DNA from: a virus
Direction: 5' to 3' (one strand)
Virus genome (UHGV): UHGV-1436539
DNA: 8,437 nt
This document shows, one piece after another, positions 6,352-8,437 of this stretch. Position numbers and translations under genes: made by a program. Numbering within the stretch: position 1 is the stretch's first letter; each line of letters starts with the position of its first letter. The notes beneath the pieces are model-generated. The model had not been told where the DNA came from. It searched no databases and saw nothing but the letters and a program-made list of their open reading frames with translations.

Positions 6352-7617
6352 ATGCGCTCTTTTATTATTGCTTTTTTATTTACCTGTTCATTCTGCGTTT
6401 CTGCTGAAACTGTTAATTTAAATAATTCGTCTGTTCGCTCATTTGTTCAGTGGTATTCGTCAAAAACTGGCAAGCCTGTTATTGTTAATCCTGATGTTAA
6501 AGGGAACGTAACCGTATTTAATGCTGATGTTAACCCAACAAATATTGATGATTTCTTTAAGTCTGTTCTCAATGCTAACGGGTTTGTTATGCTTTCCGGT
6601 AATCCTGCGGTTGTCTCTTTGCCGTCTAAATTACCGTCACAAATGGCTTCTGACTCCGGCGACTCTGATAATCAGTCTTATGATTCTTTTCCTTCTGAGC
6701 CATCTTACCAGCCAGTACCTGTGGCGCTTACGGTCAGAAATTTTAAGCTGACAAAAGTTAGATCGTCCGATGTTCAGCAACTGATTAAAATTTATCTTGA
6801 TTCTAATGGTGGTGGTAATGTCGTGGATTATCCAGGCAATAACTCGCTGATTGTTTCTGCGCCTGACGAGCTGCTGCCGGTTCTGTCCGATTTTATCAAT
6901 TCTGTGGATGTTGCCCGCGATCAGGTTCTCATTCAGTCGCTGATGTTTGAAACCAGCTTGTCTGATGGCGTTGATTTATCGTTTGCGGCAGGTTCTGCAT
7001 CCGGTCATAAGGTTGCGGGGGGCTTTAATACTTCTGCACTGGGTAGCGCTCTTTCTACGGCGGGCGGTTCTTTTGGTATTTTTGATGGTAACGTGTTGGC
7101 GCTGTCTCTGCGTGCTGTCCAGAGTAATTCACGCTCTAAGGTGATTTCAACGCCGCGTATTCTTACTCAGTCTGGTCAGACTGGTTACATTTCCGTAGGT
7201 AAGAATGTGCCGTTTATCACCGGAAAGGTAACGGGCGAATCTGCCGGCGTAAATAATCCGTTTCAGACTATCGAGCGTCATGATGTTGGCGTTTCTCTCA
7301 AGGTAACGCCTGTTGTCATGGGTAACGGGCAACTAGTTCTGACTATCGACACTCGCGCTGATTCAATCAGCAATGATGATCAGGCATCCGATATTATTAC
7401 TAATCAGCGCCAGATTCAGACGACAGTCCAGATTAAGGATGGTCAGACGTTGTTATTGGGGGGGCTTATCGATTCATCGTTCAGCAATGCCGAGCGTTCA
7501 GTTCCAGTTATAAGTAAAATTCCTCTTATAGGCTGGATGTTCAGTAGCAAGGCAGACAGCAATGAACAGCGTATTATGTATATTTTGCTTACAGCACATA
7601 TCATTCGTCCACTTTGA
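6352..7617 (+). CDS. gIV: Outer-membrane secretin pIV (421 aa) for phage extrusion
   Basis: Signal peptide MRSFIIAFLFTCSFCVSA. Extensive similarity to Ff pIV, including the C-terminal secretin block VPFITGKVTGESAGVNNPFQTIER, QTLLLGGL and SKIPLIG. ATG at 6352 with SD AGGAG; the upstream track start overlaps gI and is rejected. Confidence 0.95.
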   Translation: MRSFIIAFLFTCSFCVSAETVNLNNSSVRSFVQWYSSKTGKPVIVNPDVKGNVTVFNADVNPTNIDDFFKSVLNANGFVMLSGNPAVVSLPSKLPSQMASDSGDSDNQSYDSFPSEPSYQPVPVALTVRNFKLTKVRSSDVQQLIKIYLDSNGGGNVVDYPGNNSLIVSAPDELLPVLSDFINSVDVARDQVLIQSLMFETSLSDGVDLSFAAGSASGHKVAGGFNTSALGSALSTAGGSFGIFDGNVLALSLRAVQSNSRSKVISTPRILTQSGQTGYISVGKNVPFITGKVTGESAGVNNPFQTIERHDVGVSLKVTPVVMGNGQLVLTIDTRADSISNDDQASDIITNQRQIQTTVQIKDGQTLLLGGLIDSSFSNAERSVPVISKIPLIGWMFSSKADSNEQRIMYILLTAHIIRPL

Positions 7618-7658
7618 TGGATAGCGGGTAGGTGCGTGAGCCCTGCTCGCTATCCATC
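7616..7658 (+). other. Stable hairpin immediately after gIV: candidate packaging signal or gIV transcript terminator structure
   Basis: Perfect 11-bp inverted repeat GATGGATAGCG (7616-7626) / CGCTATCCATC (7648-7658) with a ~21-nt loop and no following T tract. In Ff phages the packaging-signal hairpin lies directly after gene IV. Confidence 0.4.
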
Positions 7659-7686
7659 AAATGGACATTATTGATTGGGGTAACTA

Positions 7687-7995
7687 ATGGATTCTTATGG
7701 GATTTTATCTGCTCTGGCAGAACGAACGATTACAGCGGAAGAAGCAAAAACAATGACACTTGCAGCCAGAAGTTCTTCGGCTCAGGTAAATGAAGCATCA
7801 CTTGCTCTGTTACTGATTGATAATACTCTGGATGCGATCAAAGCAGCTGCCAGTGAAGGGAAAGGATACACTCTACTTCCTTCTTATGAGATTTCTGTAA
7901 AAGCCATTGATTTAGCAGAAGAATTTTTAAGGAAACAATGCGGCTATGTTATTGATAACCAGAATGGCGTAAGGACGGTCTATTGGTTTATATGA
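7687..7995 (+). CDS. Hypothetical protein (102 aa), accessory gene in the prophage right arm
   Basis: ATG-initiated ORF with a weak SD (GGGG) in the otherwise non-coding stretch between gIV and the right dif. I recognise no family. Confidence 0.45.
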   Translation: MDSYGILSALAERTITAEEAKTMTLAARSSSAQVNEASLALLLIDNTLDAIKAAASEGKGYTLLPSYEISVKAIDLAEEFLRKQCGYVIDNQNGVRTVYWFI

Positions 7996-7996
7996 T

Positions 7997-8041
7997 AACC
8001 CCGGACAGTGACAAAACTTGCTTTTGTTAGTGTCAGGGGTT
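7997..8041 (+). other. Long imperfect hairpin (~20-bp stem, 3 mismatches) followed ~20 nt later by a T7 tract (8062-8068); candidate terminator or replication/att-associated structure
   Basis: AACCCCGGACAGTGACAAAAC / TTTTGTTAGTGTCAGGGGTT inverted repeat with a 4-nt loop, visible in the sequence. Confidence 0.35.
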
Positions 8042-8112
8042 GGCCAAGCCGAACAATTCTGTTTTTTTAGCGTTATTGCTGATTCGGCGCGGCAGCATTA
8101 CGAGGAGATAAA

Positions 8113-8346
8113 ATGCAATTTTTCACATCCAGCGATACTGTAATGTTATGTGCGAAGACCTGCGATCGCTGTGGTCGCCATGCGAAGACGGTGGTAGATG
8201 ACATTGAGTTCAATGAGTTTCTGTCTGTTAATCACTTAGCTGGATACGGTTCAATTTTTGGTGACAGTAATCGCTTAAAACTAGATTTATGCCAACATTG
8301 CCTGAAAGACGTCCTGGGCCAGTGGATTACGGTCTGTGACCAATGA
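8113..8346 (+). CDS. Hypothetical small Cys-rich protein (77 aa), putative zinc ribbon
   Basis: Strong SD GAGGAG (8102-8107) 5 nt before the ATG. Cys pattern C-x3-C-x2-C ... C-x2-C (CAKTCDRCG ... CQHC). Function unknown. Confidence 0.55.
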   Translation: MQFFTSSDTVMLCAKTCDRCGRHAKTVVDDIEFNEFLSVNHLAGYGSIFGDSNRLKLDLCQHCLKDVLGQWITVCDQ

Positions 8347-8384
8347 CCGCACCGGTAACGCCAGTTCCCGCCATCCTTACCATT

Positions 8385-8412
8385 GGTGCGCATAATGTAT
8401 ATTATGTTAAAT
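8385..8412 (+). other. dif: Canonical dif site (XerCD chromosome-dimer resolution site) forming the right prophage junction
   Basis: Exact match to the E. coli dif 28-mer GGTGCGCATAA-TGTATA-TTATGTTAAAT as I know it. Confidence 0.85.
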
Positions 8413-8437
8413 TGAGTGTATGTGCGTAAGCAAACCT

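Larger units (their letters stand above)
141..8412 (+). mobile_element. Integrated filamentous prophage (inovirus, Ff/IKe-like core) bounded by direct dif-like sites; XerCD-dependent IMEX-type element
   Basis: Complete Ff-like morphogenesis and replication gene set in canonical order, flanked in direct orientation by a degenerate dif-like site (141-173) and a canonical dif (8385-8412). No integrase or transposase ORF is present. Confidence 0.8.

Noticed and set aside
5776-7332. ORFs 5776-6018, 6259-6351 (gIV extension), 6521-6751, 6947-7144 and 7147-7332 (-)
   Set aside because: Embedded in or overlapping the well-supported gI and gIV frames; no start signals or recognisable domains.
1-8437. 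tRNA, rRNA, CRISPR, integrase or transposase genes
   Set aside because: None detectable by eye: no cloverleaf-like conserved tRNA elements, no repeat-spacer arrays, no ORF with recombinase motifs. This is consistent with XerCD-dependent integration.

Overview
Almost the whole window is an integrated filamentous phage (inovirus) with Ff/IKe-like gene order gII-(gX)-gV-gVII-gIX-gVIII-gIII-gVI-gI-(gXI)-gIV on the + strand (1814-7617). It sits between a canonical 28-bp E. coli-type dif site (8385-8412) and a degenerate dif-like site with an expanded central region (141-173), and no integrase or transposase is present, so it looks like a XerCD-hijacking prophage (IMEX). The most interesting part is the accessory region left of gII: a minus-strand two-gene module, divergent from gII, encoding a 60-aa ribbon-helix-helix-like protein and a ~420-aa protein whose C-terminal ~120 residues carry motifs I recognise as a TIR-like (PF10137-type) effector domain, with an N-terminal domain I cannot place. 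I read this as a candidate prophage-borne defence, exclusion or toxin module, possibly under a repressor-like regulator. Two further small ORFs of unknown function (102 aa; 77 aa with a Cys-rich putative zinc ribbon) lie between gIV and the right dif site. All calls come from reading the sequence and recalling protein families; no database search was run.
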